Of a DNA stretch of 64,000 nt, positions 36,616-45,409 are shown in pieces. The stretch's first letter is position 1. The number at the start of each line of letters is the position of its first letter. A model generated the notes under the pieces. The model made no database searches. It was not told the DNA's origin and worked only from the letters and a program-made list of their open reading frames with translations. The stretch is from a virus (Duplodnaviria; Caudoviricetes), in IMG/VR virus record IMGVR_UViG_2918987250_000001, positions 53,523 through 117,522 of that record. The stretch is one strand, 5' to 3'. The translations under genes and the position numbers were made by a program.

Positions 36616-38307
36616 ATGACTGAACTGGTCCGCATGGGTGTGGGCGTCGTGAACGCCCGCATCGAGAGCCCCTCGAAGGCCGTGAAGGCTCTCGTCCACA
36701 AGACCCTCTCCTACGTCGTCGAGGGCGCCGAGTTCTCCGGGGCCGGCAACGGGCAGTGGGACGGGCGCTCCTCCTTCTTCTCCAACCTGAAGCACACCTT
36801 CCCGGCCGGCTTCGCGCACATGGTCCACGCCGAGCTCAAGCGGGCCGGCCACAAGGTCCACATCGTCAAGCACCCGCTGCCGGAGCCGCTCGGGCCTGAG
36901 AACCCGATCGTGGATGAGTTCGGCAACGACGACCCGCGCTACGACTACCAGATGCGGACGGTGAACCAGCTCATCCGTCACGGCCGCGGCATCGCCCAGG
37001 TCGCCACCGGCGGCGGCAAGTCGAAGATCGCCAAGCTCGCGGTCGCCCGCATCCGGCGCCCGACCCTGTTCCTGACGACCCGCGGCGTGCTCATGCACCA
37101 GATGGCCGACGGCTTCCGCGACGCCGGCTTCACCGTCGGGCTGATCGGCGACGGCGAGTGGTCCCCGGTGCGCGGCGTCAACTGCGCGATGGTGCAGACG
37201 CTCGTGGCCCGGCTCGAGGAGACCGATGTCGCCAAGGAGCTCTTGAAGGCTGTCGAGCGCCGGGCCGCGGCCGAGGAGCGGGCCAAGAATGCGCTCAAGG
37301 CGAAGATGAAGCGCGAGAAGGCCAAGAACGCCGAGATCTACCGGGCGCTCGACGCGCTGGGCGCCCAGCAGGAGGCGGCTCGGCCGTCCGACGAGCAGAT
37401 GGCGAAGGAGGCTCAGAGCCGCGCCGTGACCCAGATGGCGACCCGCGCCCGGACCATCAAGTTCCTCGAGCTGATCGAGCTGGTGATCGGCGAGGAGGCG
37501 CACGAGGTCGGCGGCACCAGCTACAACGAGATCATGCGCCACTGCACCAAGGCGCGCTACCGCCTGGCGCTCACCGCGACCCCGTTCATGCGCGCCGACG
37601 CGGCCGACAACATGCGCCTGATGGGTGCCTTCGGCCCGATCCTGATCCAGGTCACGGAGAAGGAGCTGATCGACAAGGGCATCCTGGCGAAGCCCTTCTT
37701 CCGCTTCGTCGAGACGCGGGACACCAAGAAGCTGTTCAAGACGACCGACTTCCAGCGCGCCTACAAGGCCGGCTACGTCGAGAACGAGGTCATGCACGCC
37801 GAGATCATCCGGGAGGCCAAGATCGCGGCCTCGCTCGGGCAGCCGGTGATGACGCTGATCCAGCGCACCGCGCACGGCGAGATCCTCGCGACGAAGATGG
37901 CCGCGGCCGGGCTGCGGGTCGAGTTCCTGAAGGGCGAGGACAACCAGAAGGCCCGCAAGCGCGCGCTCGCCCAGCTCAAGGCCGGCGCGATCGACGTGCT
38001 GATCGGGACGACCATCCTCGATGTCGGCGTGGACGTGCCGGCCGTCGGGATCGTGCAGCTCGCCGGCGGCGGCAAGGCCGAGGTCGCGCTGCGGCAGCGG
38101 ATCGGCCGCGGGCTTCGCGCCAAGAAGGGCGGCCCGAACATCTGCTTCGTGTCCGACTACTCGGCCCACCCCAACGCGCACCTCGCCGGCCACGCGCGGG
38201 AGCGCCGCTCGATCATCGAGAGCACGCCCGGTTTCGTCGAGGGAATCCTCAAGCCCGGCAGCCAGCACCCCTGGCACATGCTTTCGGCGTCAAAGCTCGC
38301 AGCCTGA
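36616..38307 (+). CDS. SF2 (UvsW/ResIII-like) helicase
   Basis: ATGGGKS, EEAH, LTATP, ILDVGVDVP, QRIGRGLR. Confidence 0.93.
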   Translation: MTELVRMGVGVVNARIESPSKAVKALVHKTLSYVVEGAEFSGAGNGQWDGRSSFFSNLKHTFPAGFAHMVHAELKRAGHKVHIVKHPLPEPLGPENPIVDEFGNDDPRYDYQMRTVNQLIRHGRGIAQVATGGGKSKIAKLAVARIRRPTLFLTTRGVLMHQMADGFRDAGFTVGLIGDGEWSPVRGVNCAMVQTLVARLEETDVAKELLKAVERRAAAEERAKNALKAKMKREKAKNAEIYRALDALGAQQEAARPSDEQMAKEAQSRAVTQMATRARTIKFLELIELVIGEEAHEVGGTSYNEIMRHCTKARYRLALTATPFMRADAADNMRLMGAFGPILIQVTEKELIDKGILAKPFFRFVETRDTKKLFKTTDFQRAYKAGYVENEVMHAEIIREAKIAASLGQPVMTLIQRTAHGEILATKMAAAGLRVEFLKGEDNQKARKRALAQLKAGAIDVLIGTTILDVGVDVPAVGIVQLAGGGKAEVALRQRIGRGLRAKKGGPNICFVSDYSAHPNAHLAGHARERRSIIESTPGFVEGILKPGSQHPWHMLSASKLAA

Positions 38308-38323
38308 TCCCTATAGAGAGCCC

Positions 38324-38530
38324 ATGAGCACGAAGTCCCGCCTTGTCGATCCCGTCCACCTCTTCGATGAGCGCGGGCACGCCCTCTCCTCCTACGACGT
38401 GCAGGAGGAGAGGATCCGCGTGCTCGAAGCCGAGAATACCCGGCTGAAGGGCGAGCTGGCGCGCATCAACGCGATCATCGCCAAGTCCCGCGCCGCCCGC
38501 ACCCGCGAAATCCCGCCCCGTCTGCACTGA
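38324..38530 (+). CDS. Hypothetical coiled-coil protein
   Basis: MSTKSRLVDP start following the helicase. Confidence 0.55.
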   Translation: MSTKSRLVDPVHLFDERGHALSSYDVQEERIRVLEAENTRLKGELARINAIIAKSRAARTREIPPRLH

Positions 38531-38581
38531 GCAGGCGGGTTTTCTTCACCGTTCACCAAGGGCGATGTGCGCCCAGAGAGA

Positions 38582-38599
38582 TAAGTCAGCACTGACATG
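38582..38599. promoter_or_regulatory. Operator overlapping the kinase ATG
   Basis: TAAGTCAGCACTGACATG. Confidence 0.75.
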
Positions 38600-39187
38600 A
38601 CCTTTGCACTCGACATCCCCCGCTACATCGCCCTGTGCGGCAATCCCGGCTCCGGCAAGAGCACCGTCCAGGAGATCCTGCGCGCGAATTACGGCGTCGA
38701 GCCCGTCGATGACGGCTTTGCCCTGCGCAAGATCGCGGTCGAGCAGTTCGGGCTCACCTGGGACCAGGTGATGACCCAGGAGGGCAAGCGCGAGACCGTC
38801 ACGGTCGCCGGCAAGGCCTGGATCGTGCGCGACCTGCTGGGCCAGCTCGGCAACCGCATCGAGGACCTGCTCGGCCCTCACGGCATCCCGTTCCTGTCCG
38901 AGCGCCAGGTGGCCGACAAGCCCGGCTGCTTCTCCTTCGGCAGCGTCCGGCGCGACCAGGGCCGGTTCTACCAGGACCGCGGCGGCGTCGTGATCGGCGT
39001 GCGCAGCCCGAAGGCCGGCCCGTCGGAGTTCGAGTTCGACCGCTTCGACGAGGCCTGCGTGGATCTCTGGATCGACAACGACGGCGAGGACCTGCGCCGG
39101 CTTGAATGGTCGGTCTGGACCGCGATCAAGGAGCTCGAGGCGCGGCGCCGGGTCTTCGTGACCCAGATCACGGAGCGCGCCGCCTGA
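38597..39187 (+). CDS. Deoxynucleoside monophosphate kinase-like P-loop protein
   Basis: IALCGNPGSGKST, RDLLGQLG, SVR...GGVVIGV. Confidence 0.75.
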   Translation: MTFALDIPRYIALCGNPGSGKSTVQEILRANYGVEPVDDGFALRKIAVEQFGLTWDQVMTQEGKRETVTVAGKAWIVRDLLGQLGNRIEDLLGPHGIPFLSERQVADKPGCFSFGSVRRDQGRFYQDRGGVVIGVRSPKAGPSEFEFDRFDEACVDLWIDNDGEDLRRLEWSVWTAIKELEARRRVFVTQITERAA

Positions 39188-40036
39188 TGGTCGCCTGGTT
39201 CGACTTCTGGCTCCGGGCGGCGACGACCGCCCACGGCCTCACCTGTGCCTACTGGCTCGCGATCTCGAGCGAGGCCACCGATCTCACCTTGGAGCAGACC
39301 CGTGTTCGGCCCGACCAGCATTAACGGCACCCACGCGCCTCTCAACCACCTCGAAGTGCGCTGCGATGCGACGGACCGGCTTCTGGGCTGGCTCACCGGC
39401 ATCGAGGCGGCGAAGGTGCCGGCGACCGAGCCGCTGGTGTTCGAGGGCGCCAGCGACGACGAGATGGTGATCGAGGACGAGCACGGCGTGAGCATGCTCG
39501 GGATCGCCACCGAGATCCGGGTGGATGAGTTCTCGGCGATCTTCCCGCGCCACAACGACTTCGCCGGGCTCGAGGCAATCCACCAGGCGGTGCCAAGCTA
39601 CGCCAAGCGCACGCACATCAAGGCTGATGACAGCCTGAAGTGCCTCTACACTTGGACCGCGGCCGTGGTGACGCCCGAGGAGCACGAGGAGCTATTCGAT
39701 TTCGACAACTTCCTCCCCTACGGCGAGGAGAACCGCGAGCTGATCGAGGACGAGCTCGACTTCCATGCCCGGAAGATCGGCGCCGGTGGCGACGCCATGA
39801 TCGACGACCTCATGTCCGAGCCGGGCCTGATGACGGGCAAGTTCATGACCGGGGTCGGCACCATCCGTCCGGCCGGCATCGTCAGGGCCGAGGACCTGAT
39901 CGCCAACACGATCTCGGCCAAGAGCCTGGCTGCGACGAGCACCTCCTTCTCGGCGGCGATGAAGGCCGCGGGCCGGGCGCTGGAGCGGGCGAAGGATGTC
40001 ACCTTCCCCACGCTGATGCCGAAGATCGGGCCGTAG
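39187..40036 (+). CDS. Hypothetical protein, apparently frameshifted near 39290
   Basis: The coupled ATG at 39187 stops at 39324, while the long frame 39245-40036 lacks a good start. Confidence 0.45.
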
Positions 40037-40080
40037 GTTCGGGGTCCGTTCCCCTAGCCGTTAATGGTCTAGTTACCTAT

Positions 40081-40136
40081 CCATGGCCGTTATCCGCTAA
40101 AGCGCCATGTCTCCATGGCGCCAAGGCACCAAGAGG
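40081..40136. repeat. 8-bp-period array (CCWWGGCG-like) upstream of parA; candidate centromere/operator
   Basis: ccatggcc gttatccg ctaaagcg ccatgtct ccatggcg ccaaggca ccaagagg. Confidence 0.7.
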
Positions 40137-40145
40137 ATGACGGCC

Positions 40146-40799
40146 ATGCAGACCCTCGCCGTGCTCTCCCAGAAGGGAGGCGTAGGCAAATCCACGATCG
40201 CTCGCCTCATGGCGACCGCCTATGCCGGCGCCCAGTGGCGCGTGAAGATCGCCGACTTCAACGTGAAGCAGCTCACCAGCGTGGACTGGTCCGCGAGCCG
40301 CATGGCCGCCGAGATCCAGCCCGAGGTGCCGGCCGAGGCCTTCTCCAGCGTCAAGCAGGCGCTCCGGCAGAACCTCCACTACGACCTCATGGTCTTCGAC
40401 GGGAAGCCCGACTCCGACGTGACCAGCCTGGAGATCGCCCGCGAGAGCGACGTGATCCTCCTGCCGGCCGGCGTGAGCGGTGACGACCTGCGCCCGCAGG
40501 TGAAGTTCGCCCACGAGCTCGTGTCCCGCGGCGTGGACCGGGCGCGCATCCACTTCGTCATCAACAAGACCCTCGAGAGCGCAGCCTCGATCTCCGACGC
40601 CCGCGGCTTCATCGAAGCGGCCGGCTACCGGGTGCTCGCGACGGATCTACCCTCCAAGACGGGCTACCAGCTCGCGCAGAACATGGGCCGCGCCATCTCC
40701 GAGAGCGCCTTTGCCACCCTGAACGAGCGGGCCGATGCTCTGGCCCAAGAGGTCGTGGATCTCATGACCACGCACGCCGGCACGAAGAGGGTCGCCTGA
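40146..40799 (+). CDS. parA: ParA (type Ib, ParF-like) partition ATPase
   Basis: QKGGVGKST deviant Walker A; short protein with no N-terminal HTH. Confidence 0.93.
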   Translation: MQTLAVLSQKGGVGKSTIARLMATAYAGAQWRVKIADFNVKQLTSVDWSASRMAAEIQPEVPAEAFSSVKQALRQNLHYDLMVFDGKPDSDVTSLEIARESDVILLPAGVSGDDLRPQVKFAHELVSRGVDRARIHFVINKTLESAASISDARGFIEAAGYRVLATDLPSKTGYQLAQNMGRAISESAFATLNERADALAQEVVDLMTTHAGTKRVA

Positions 40800-41056
40800 T
40801 GGTCACGGCTCCCCCTCCCCCGCGCACGCTCGCCAATGCGGGTCGTCTCAAGCCCGAGAGCGCCCCGGCGCCGGCGGAAGCGCCCAAGAACCTGTCCACG
40901 TCCAACCAGGGCAAGTGGGTGCCGCTCACCTTCAAGGTCACGGAGGACGAGCGCTACGCCTACCGGCTCGAGGCTGCGAAACGGCGCATGAACCTCAAGG
41001 AGCTATTCGAGGCCGCGCTCAAGACCTACCGCGAGCAATACCCGCTCCAGGAGTGA
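40799..41056 (+). CDS. Ribbon-helix-helix centromere-binding protein (ParG-like)
   Basis: Coupled to parA; disordered N-tail plus VPLTFKV...EAAKRRMNLKELFEAAL. Confidence 0.8.
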   Translation: MVTAPPPPRTLANAGRLKPESAPAPAEAPKNLSTSNQGKWVPLTFKVTEDERYAYRLEAAKRRMNLKELFEAALKTYREQYPLQE

Positions 41057-41060
41057 CGCC

Positions 41061-41285
41061 ATGCACATGACCCACGCCGACCTGTGCGCGATCTACGCGA
41101 GGATGACGCCCGCGGAGCGGGCGGAAGCCCAAGCGGAGGCGCGCTCCAAGGGTGTTGAGGTTCACGAGCTCCTGGCCCGAGCGGTCGAGAGCCTCATCCA
41201 AGGGTATGATCGCCAGACCGTCGCGGTGCTGAAATCCTGGCATACGAGCGCCGAGCGACCGAGCGCCGTGGTGTCGAGCGTCTGA
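41061..41285 (+). CDS. Hypothetical protein
   Basis: AGGAG RBS; follows the RHH gene. Confidence 0.55.
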   Translation: MHMTHADLCAIYARMTPAERAEAQAEARSKGVEVHELLARAVESLIQGYDRQTVAVLKSWHTSAERPSAVVSSV

Positions 41286-41455
41286 GCGACCGAGAGCCGA
41301 GCGACTGAGCGCCAAGGGTCCGATCACCGGGAGTTCCGGGGCCTATCCCAAGGGTCCGGGAATATGTGCTGCCGAGACCCGAGGCATAGCCCTCGAGCAG
41401 ACGCGATTTATCTAAGACTTCGTAACTTTACGCTAACTTTTCCGCAAAACACTAT

Positions 41456-41483
41456 GCGAGCGCGCTAATGTTAACGCGCTCGC
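41456..41483 (-). terminator. Hairpin after the first GG-free gene
   Basis: GCGAGCGCG-loop-CGCGCTCGC, built without GG/CC. Confidence 0.55.
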
Positions 41484-41491
41484 TTCTAATG

Positions 41492-42187
41492 TTATGCGAA
41501 GTCTTCAAACATTAGATCATTGCACACTGCGAGAAACTGCTTTAACAGTGCGAACTCTTCGAAGCGATAATAGACGATATGTGCATTTGCGGTGCGTTGC
41601 GCTTCGCTTACATCATGCGTCTTATTCGCTAGATGCTTGACGATAGCGACGTGATAATCTTGCGCATCTTTGGTGCAAGCGAGCACTTCGACATAAACGT
41701 CTTGCATGATAAGCGCAGTGTAGCGCTCTGACATAGCGTCAACGTTATCGAGTTGCGTCGCGTCAGTGCGCATGTCAGAGAAAGCGTTAAACGCTTCTTC
41801 GTTAAAGCTGCAATCTATGCGATATTGCGCTTCGACGTTGCTAAGCGCGCGCTCTAGCGTGTGATGCACCGACGAAAGCAACACATTGATGCTTGACGCT
41901 TCGCTGTCGTTTTCGACGTAGCACGTCTCACAGATAAACGCGATGTGTTCAGCGTCGCTGAAAGTCACCGCAAAATAGTTGCTGTCGTTTTCGTTAGAGA
42001 ACGTCGCGACAGAGCACAAGTCGTTATAGTCTTGAAGCGACAGCATCACAGGTGTTTTTGTGTCGTTGAGCTTGTTATGAATGAAGCGCGCGAAGTCTAG
42101 CGCGACAACATCACGTTGCGCTTTCAGCGGTGCATCAGCGATCTCGAAAGAGACAGCATTCATCTCATGAATATCAGCGAGCGTCAT
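41492..42187 (-). CDS. Acidic early protein lacking Gly and Trp
   Basis: 231 aa with its own promoter and leader. Confidence 0.8.
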   Translation of the reverse strand: MTLADIHEMNAVSFEIADAPLKAQRDVVALDFARFIHNKLNDTKTPVMLSLQDYNDLCSVATFSNENDSNYFAVTFSDAEHIAFICETCYVENDSEASSINVLLSSVHHTLERALSNVEAQYRIDCSFNEEAFNAFSDMRTDATQLDNVDAMSERYTALIMQDVYVEVLACTKDAQDYHVAIVKHLANKTHDVSEAQRTANAHIVYYRFEEFALLKQFLAVCNDLMFEDFA

Positions 42188-42208
42188 AGCGTGTGCTTTC
42201 TGTGGTGC

Positions 42209-42267
42209 GTTGTTGACTAGAGAGTTTTACTGTCGTGCTTGTGCGGTGTCAAGTCAGCGCTGACTTA
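42209..42267 (-). promoter_or_regulatory. Early promoter with abutting operator
   Basis: Operator 42250-67, then TTGACA-17-TAAAAC-6-GTCAACAAC. Confidence 0.75.
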
Positions 42268-42681
42268 TTTCTGCGCTTCAAGCACTTTCTTCGCGCGATC
42301 AATGCGCATCACATGCGTGTGACGCTCGCGCTTGAAGCGCTCGACGTTTGCAAGATGCGCTTTATGCGTCACGTCTAGTTCAGCGGAAATCTCAGCTAGA
42401 CGCTTTTGCGATGCGTCAAGCATCGCTTGCGCGCGCTCGACTGTAAGCGCATTCTTGCGCTTGATATTGTTCGCTTCGTTTTGTTCGCGTGTCTGGTAGC
42501 GCGCGAGCTGTATTTCAGCTTTGCGCAGCATATCGACAAGCTCTTTTTGCGGTAGCGTCATCAGCTCAGCGGTGCGAGCGTTCAGCGTCAACGCGCTTGT
42601 CGCGCTCGCATTCGCTTTGCGACATTGCTCGATCATCGCTTGTTTGCGATGCGCTTTCGATGCGTTGCAGCGCTCAGTCAT
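42265..42681 (-). CDS. Coiled-coil early protein lacking Gly and Trp
   Basis: 138 aa; 33-nt leader/start duplicated with the downstream gene. Confidence 0.75.
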   Translation of the reverse strand: MTERCNASKAHRKQAMIEQCRKANASATSALTLNARTAELMTLPQKELVDMLRKAEIQLARYQTREQNEANNIKRKNALTVERAQAMLDASQKRLAEISAELDVTHKAHLANVERFKRERHTHVMRIDRAKKVLEAQK

Positions 42682-42800
42682 AGCGTTCGCTTTCTGTGGT
42701 GCGTTATTGCGCTCAGAGCGTCACACAGCGCGATGCGTGCGCGTGTCGCTTCGTCGGTGCGCAGAGACGCGCGAAGCGTCTCTGCGGTCGAATGTGAGCG

Positions 42801-43421
42801 CTAGAGCGCGACGCTCAGAGCTTTCGCGAGACGCTTCGTCGTCGGTGCGTCTTTGTTGAGCGTGTAAGCAACTTCGTTCTTGTCGTCGCGCGTCTCTTTG
42901 AGCACGTCGAACATTTGCAGAGCGTTGATGCTAGAGCTTGATTGCGTGTCTGCGGTGCTCGCTGCGATCGAACGCGCATAGCGCACGATATGCGCAGACT
43001 TGTGCGCGTCGCACCGCAAATCAGAGCAGAGCGACGCTTGCGCGTCAGCGTGCGTCATCGACAGCTTTTCTTTGGTCAGCTTCAGCGCAGTGAGAAACAC
43101 ACAGCGCGTGTAATTGTTGAGCGTGTCAGCTTGCGCAGCGCTTCGCGCAATGTTTGCGACTTTCTGCGCAGCGTAGACGTTGAAGCGCTTGTTCTTACGC
43201 TCATGTCTGTTGATGAAGTCAGCGTTGACGTTTGCGGTGTGCATCACGCTAACGACAGCTTCGTGCGAGAAATCTTTCGCGAGATTGCTGAGCGTCTTTT
43301 GAATGTTGTCGTTGTCGGTGTTCTGCGCTTTCTCGTAAGCAGCGCGTGCGCTGATCGAAGTCTGAAGCGCGACGCTGTAGTTATTGAGCGCGTCGATCTG
43401 CTGCGCGTTGAGCTTCGTCAT
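42801..43421 (-). CDS. Early protein lacking Gly and Trp; paralog of 45667-46593
   Basis: Shares NIQKTL, ANV..FINR, R(F/Y)NVYA..KVA and TA.TQ.SS...AL with the paralog. Confidence 0.85.
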   Translation of the reverse strand: MTKLNAQQIDALNNYSVALQTSISARAAYEKAQNTDNDNIQKTLSNLAKDFSHEAVVSVMHTANVNADFINRHERKNKRFNVYAAQKVANIARSAAQADTLNNYTRCVFLTALKLTKEKLSMTHADAQASLCSDLRCDAHKSAHIVRYARSIAASTADTQSSSSINALQMFDVLKETRDDKNEVAYTLNKDAPTTKRLAKALSVAL

Positions 43422-44075
43422 AACTGTGTCTCTCTCTCGTTTGTGGTGTGTTTGTCGTGTCGTTGTTGACGAGAGTTAGAATAGCGATCTGCGAGAGAGG
43501 CACAAGCGTCAAATGATAGAAAAACCGAAAAAAGTCAGTTCGCGCTGATTTTTTCCGAAAAACGCATTTTCTCGCGTTTTCGGTCAAAAAGTCAGTTGAC
43601 GCTGATCTGCGTGCGTGTATACTCAAGACATCAGAGAGAGACAGAGAGCTAGACAGATGAAACGAAGTTGACCGCAGAGCACCGCAGAAGAAAATCAGAA
43701 AAAGCGACGCGCTCGACTAGACAACAAGCGAGCAAGCGTGTAGCTTGACCATAGAGCAGACGACTCGACAGCGACGCACGACCCCAGACTGGGGCCGGGT
43801 GCGGGCGCGGCTGGCTCGGCGCCGCCCGCCCATGGGGCAGCCATGGGAAGCCGTGGCTCAGGCCGTTCCGAATTTTCCCGACAGCCGTTCCTAATTTCCG
43901 CGCCCCAGATTTTCGCACCGGTCCCATGGCATCCCGAGGCGCTCCACGGCGACCGGACCCATGGCGCCCCACGCGACACCCATGGGAGAGCCGGAGATGG
44001 TCCATGGCGCCCCATGCAGCTCCACGGGTCTCCCATGGCGTCCCATACTCTCCCATGGGGGAATGCACGCACGCG

Positions 44076-44101
44076 AAAAGCGCGCTGGGGCTCAGCGCGC
44101 T
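44076..44101 (-). terminator. Rho-independent terminator
   Basis: AGCGCGCTGAGCCCCAGCGCGCTTTT on the minus strand. Confidence 0.7.
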
Positions 44102-44112
44102 CATCTGGGGCT

Positions 44113-44409
44113 CTACTCGGCGAGCAGGGCTTGCTGGCGCATCAGCTTCGCGTGACGCTGCTGCGAGCGGTTCATGCGGCGATCGAGGCGCGACTTGGCG
44201 TAGAGCATCTTCTGGCGATGCGCGCGCAGCGCTGCGGGGCAGGTCTCGTCGGTGGTGATGAGCGAGAGCTCGTGCTTGGCGCGACGCATGGCGACTTGCA
44301 GCTCGTTCGAGTGGGCTCGCTGGGCGCGCACGGTCTCGTCGTTGACGACTTCGAGGTAATCGGCGCACTGGGCGAAGCGAAGGGCGATCTGCTTGATGAA
44401 CTTCGTCAT
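44113..44409 (-). CDS. Basic early protein lacking Gly and Trp
   Basis: 98 aa with own promoter and terminator; no GG on the coding strand. Confidence 0.75.
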   Translation of the reverse strand: MTKFIKQIALRFAQCADYLEVVNDETVRAQRAHSNELQVAMRRAKHELSLITTDETCPAALRAHRQKMLYAKSRLDRRMNRSQQRHAKLMRQQALLAE

Positions 44410-44449
44410 GGTCGGCACTTGCTCTCTTGTCTAGCAGCGGTGTCGCTGC

Positions 44450-44492
44450 GTTGTTGACAAGTATGTTTTAGCAAGTGCGCAGAGTTTTGTGC
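44450..44492 (-). promoter_or_regulatory. Early promoter, GCACAA class
   Basis: GCACAA-16-TAAAAC-6-GTCAACAAC. Confidence 0.75.
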
Positions 44493-44695
44493 GCGGAGCG
44501 TTATGGCAATACTTGCACGGCACTGGGGCTGTATGGGCGTCCGGGAGCGGATGTGCGGCTGTGGGGTTGCTCGAGGCCGAGAGGCAGTGGACCGCGTCGA
44601 GGCCTAGCGGATCGAGGTCCTCCCATGGCCGGTAGGCCTACAGGCCTGGCCTAGAGGCCTGCATCCATGGCCTGCCATGGGGAGGCTTGGTCACG

Positions 44696-44724
44696 AGAAG
44701 AGAGCGCACGGGGCGCTCTCTCTT
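44696..44724 (-). terminator. Hairpin terminator
   Basis: AGAGAGCGC-loop-GCGCTCTCT directly after the stop at 44730. Confidence 0.6.
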
Positions 44725-44729
44725 GGGGC

Positions 44730-45344
44730 TTAGGCAGCAGCGGTGCGGTAGTCTTGCGGAATCGTCTCGTGGACGACGAGCGCGTTCGCGTCGCTCTCGG
44801 TCACGAGGATCTGCGACAGACCCCAGGTCGTGCTCTCGAGGGAGATGTAGGTGACGGGCTCGTTCACAGCGGGGTCGAAGTCGCTGTTGACGCGCACGGC
44901 GGTCGTCGGGTCTGCGAGGAACGCATTGGCGATGCGATCGACTTCACCGGAGAGCTGGGCGCGCAAGCTGGGCGCATACTGGGGATCGTTCTTGTAGATG
45001 GGGTCGCTCTCGGCGTGCATCTTCTCTTCGCAGTCGAAGACGATCGTCATGGACTCGCGGAGCTGCGCGACAGCTTCTTCGACGGTCTCGAACGCGAGGA
45101 TCGTCGTGTTGTCAGGACCGCAGTCGAGATAGGCGAACAGCGTCTTGGACGCGCTCGCAGCGATCAGCGCATGGGTGCGCTCGTTGGTCTCGTAGATGCA
45201 CTCGTCGTCGCTCAGGTCTTCGTGGGGCGACGTGTTGCAGGTCACGCTCGGGCACGCATTCTCGCGCTCTGTGAGCGTCACGCTGATGTCGAGGTAGGTG
45301 AAGGTCTCGGCGTTGGTGATGGTGGTGTTCTTGGTGATCGTCAT
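44730..45344 (-). CDS. Acidic early protein (only 3 Gly, all GGT)
   Basis: 204 aa with own promoter and terminator. Confidence 0.8.
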   Translation of the reverse strand: MTITKNTTITNAETFTYLDISVTLTERENACPSVTCNTSPHEDLSDDECIYETNERTHALIAASASKTLFAYLDCGPDNTTILAFETVEEAVAQLRESMTIVFDCEEKMHAESDPIYKNDPQYAPSLRAQLSGEVDRIANAFLADPTTAVRVNSDFDPAVNEPVTYISLESTTWGLSQILVTESDANALVVHETIPQDYRTAAA

Positions 45345-45366
45345 GTCGCTCTCTCTGGTGCAGCTC

Positions 45367-45409
45367 GTTGCTGACAATCTCGTTATAGCGATGCTCTCTT
45401 GCTTTGTGC
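45367..45409 (-). promoter_or_regulatory. Early promoter, GCACAA class
   Basis: GCACAA-16-TATAAC-6-GTCAGCAAC. Confidence 0.75.

Noticed and set aside
43214-43231. GAAGTCAGCGTTGACGT as a further operator copy
   Set aside because: The right half has several mismatches, it is intragenic, and it can be explained by the encoded NVNADF peptide.
41394-43780. Island as an ordinary low-GC horizontally acquired segment
   Set aside because: It carries the phage's own operator and promoter motifs and a paralog of a resident gene. The bias is specific to GG/CC while CG and GC remain frequent.
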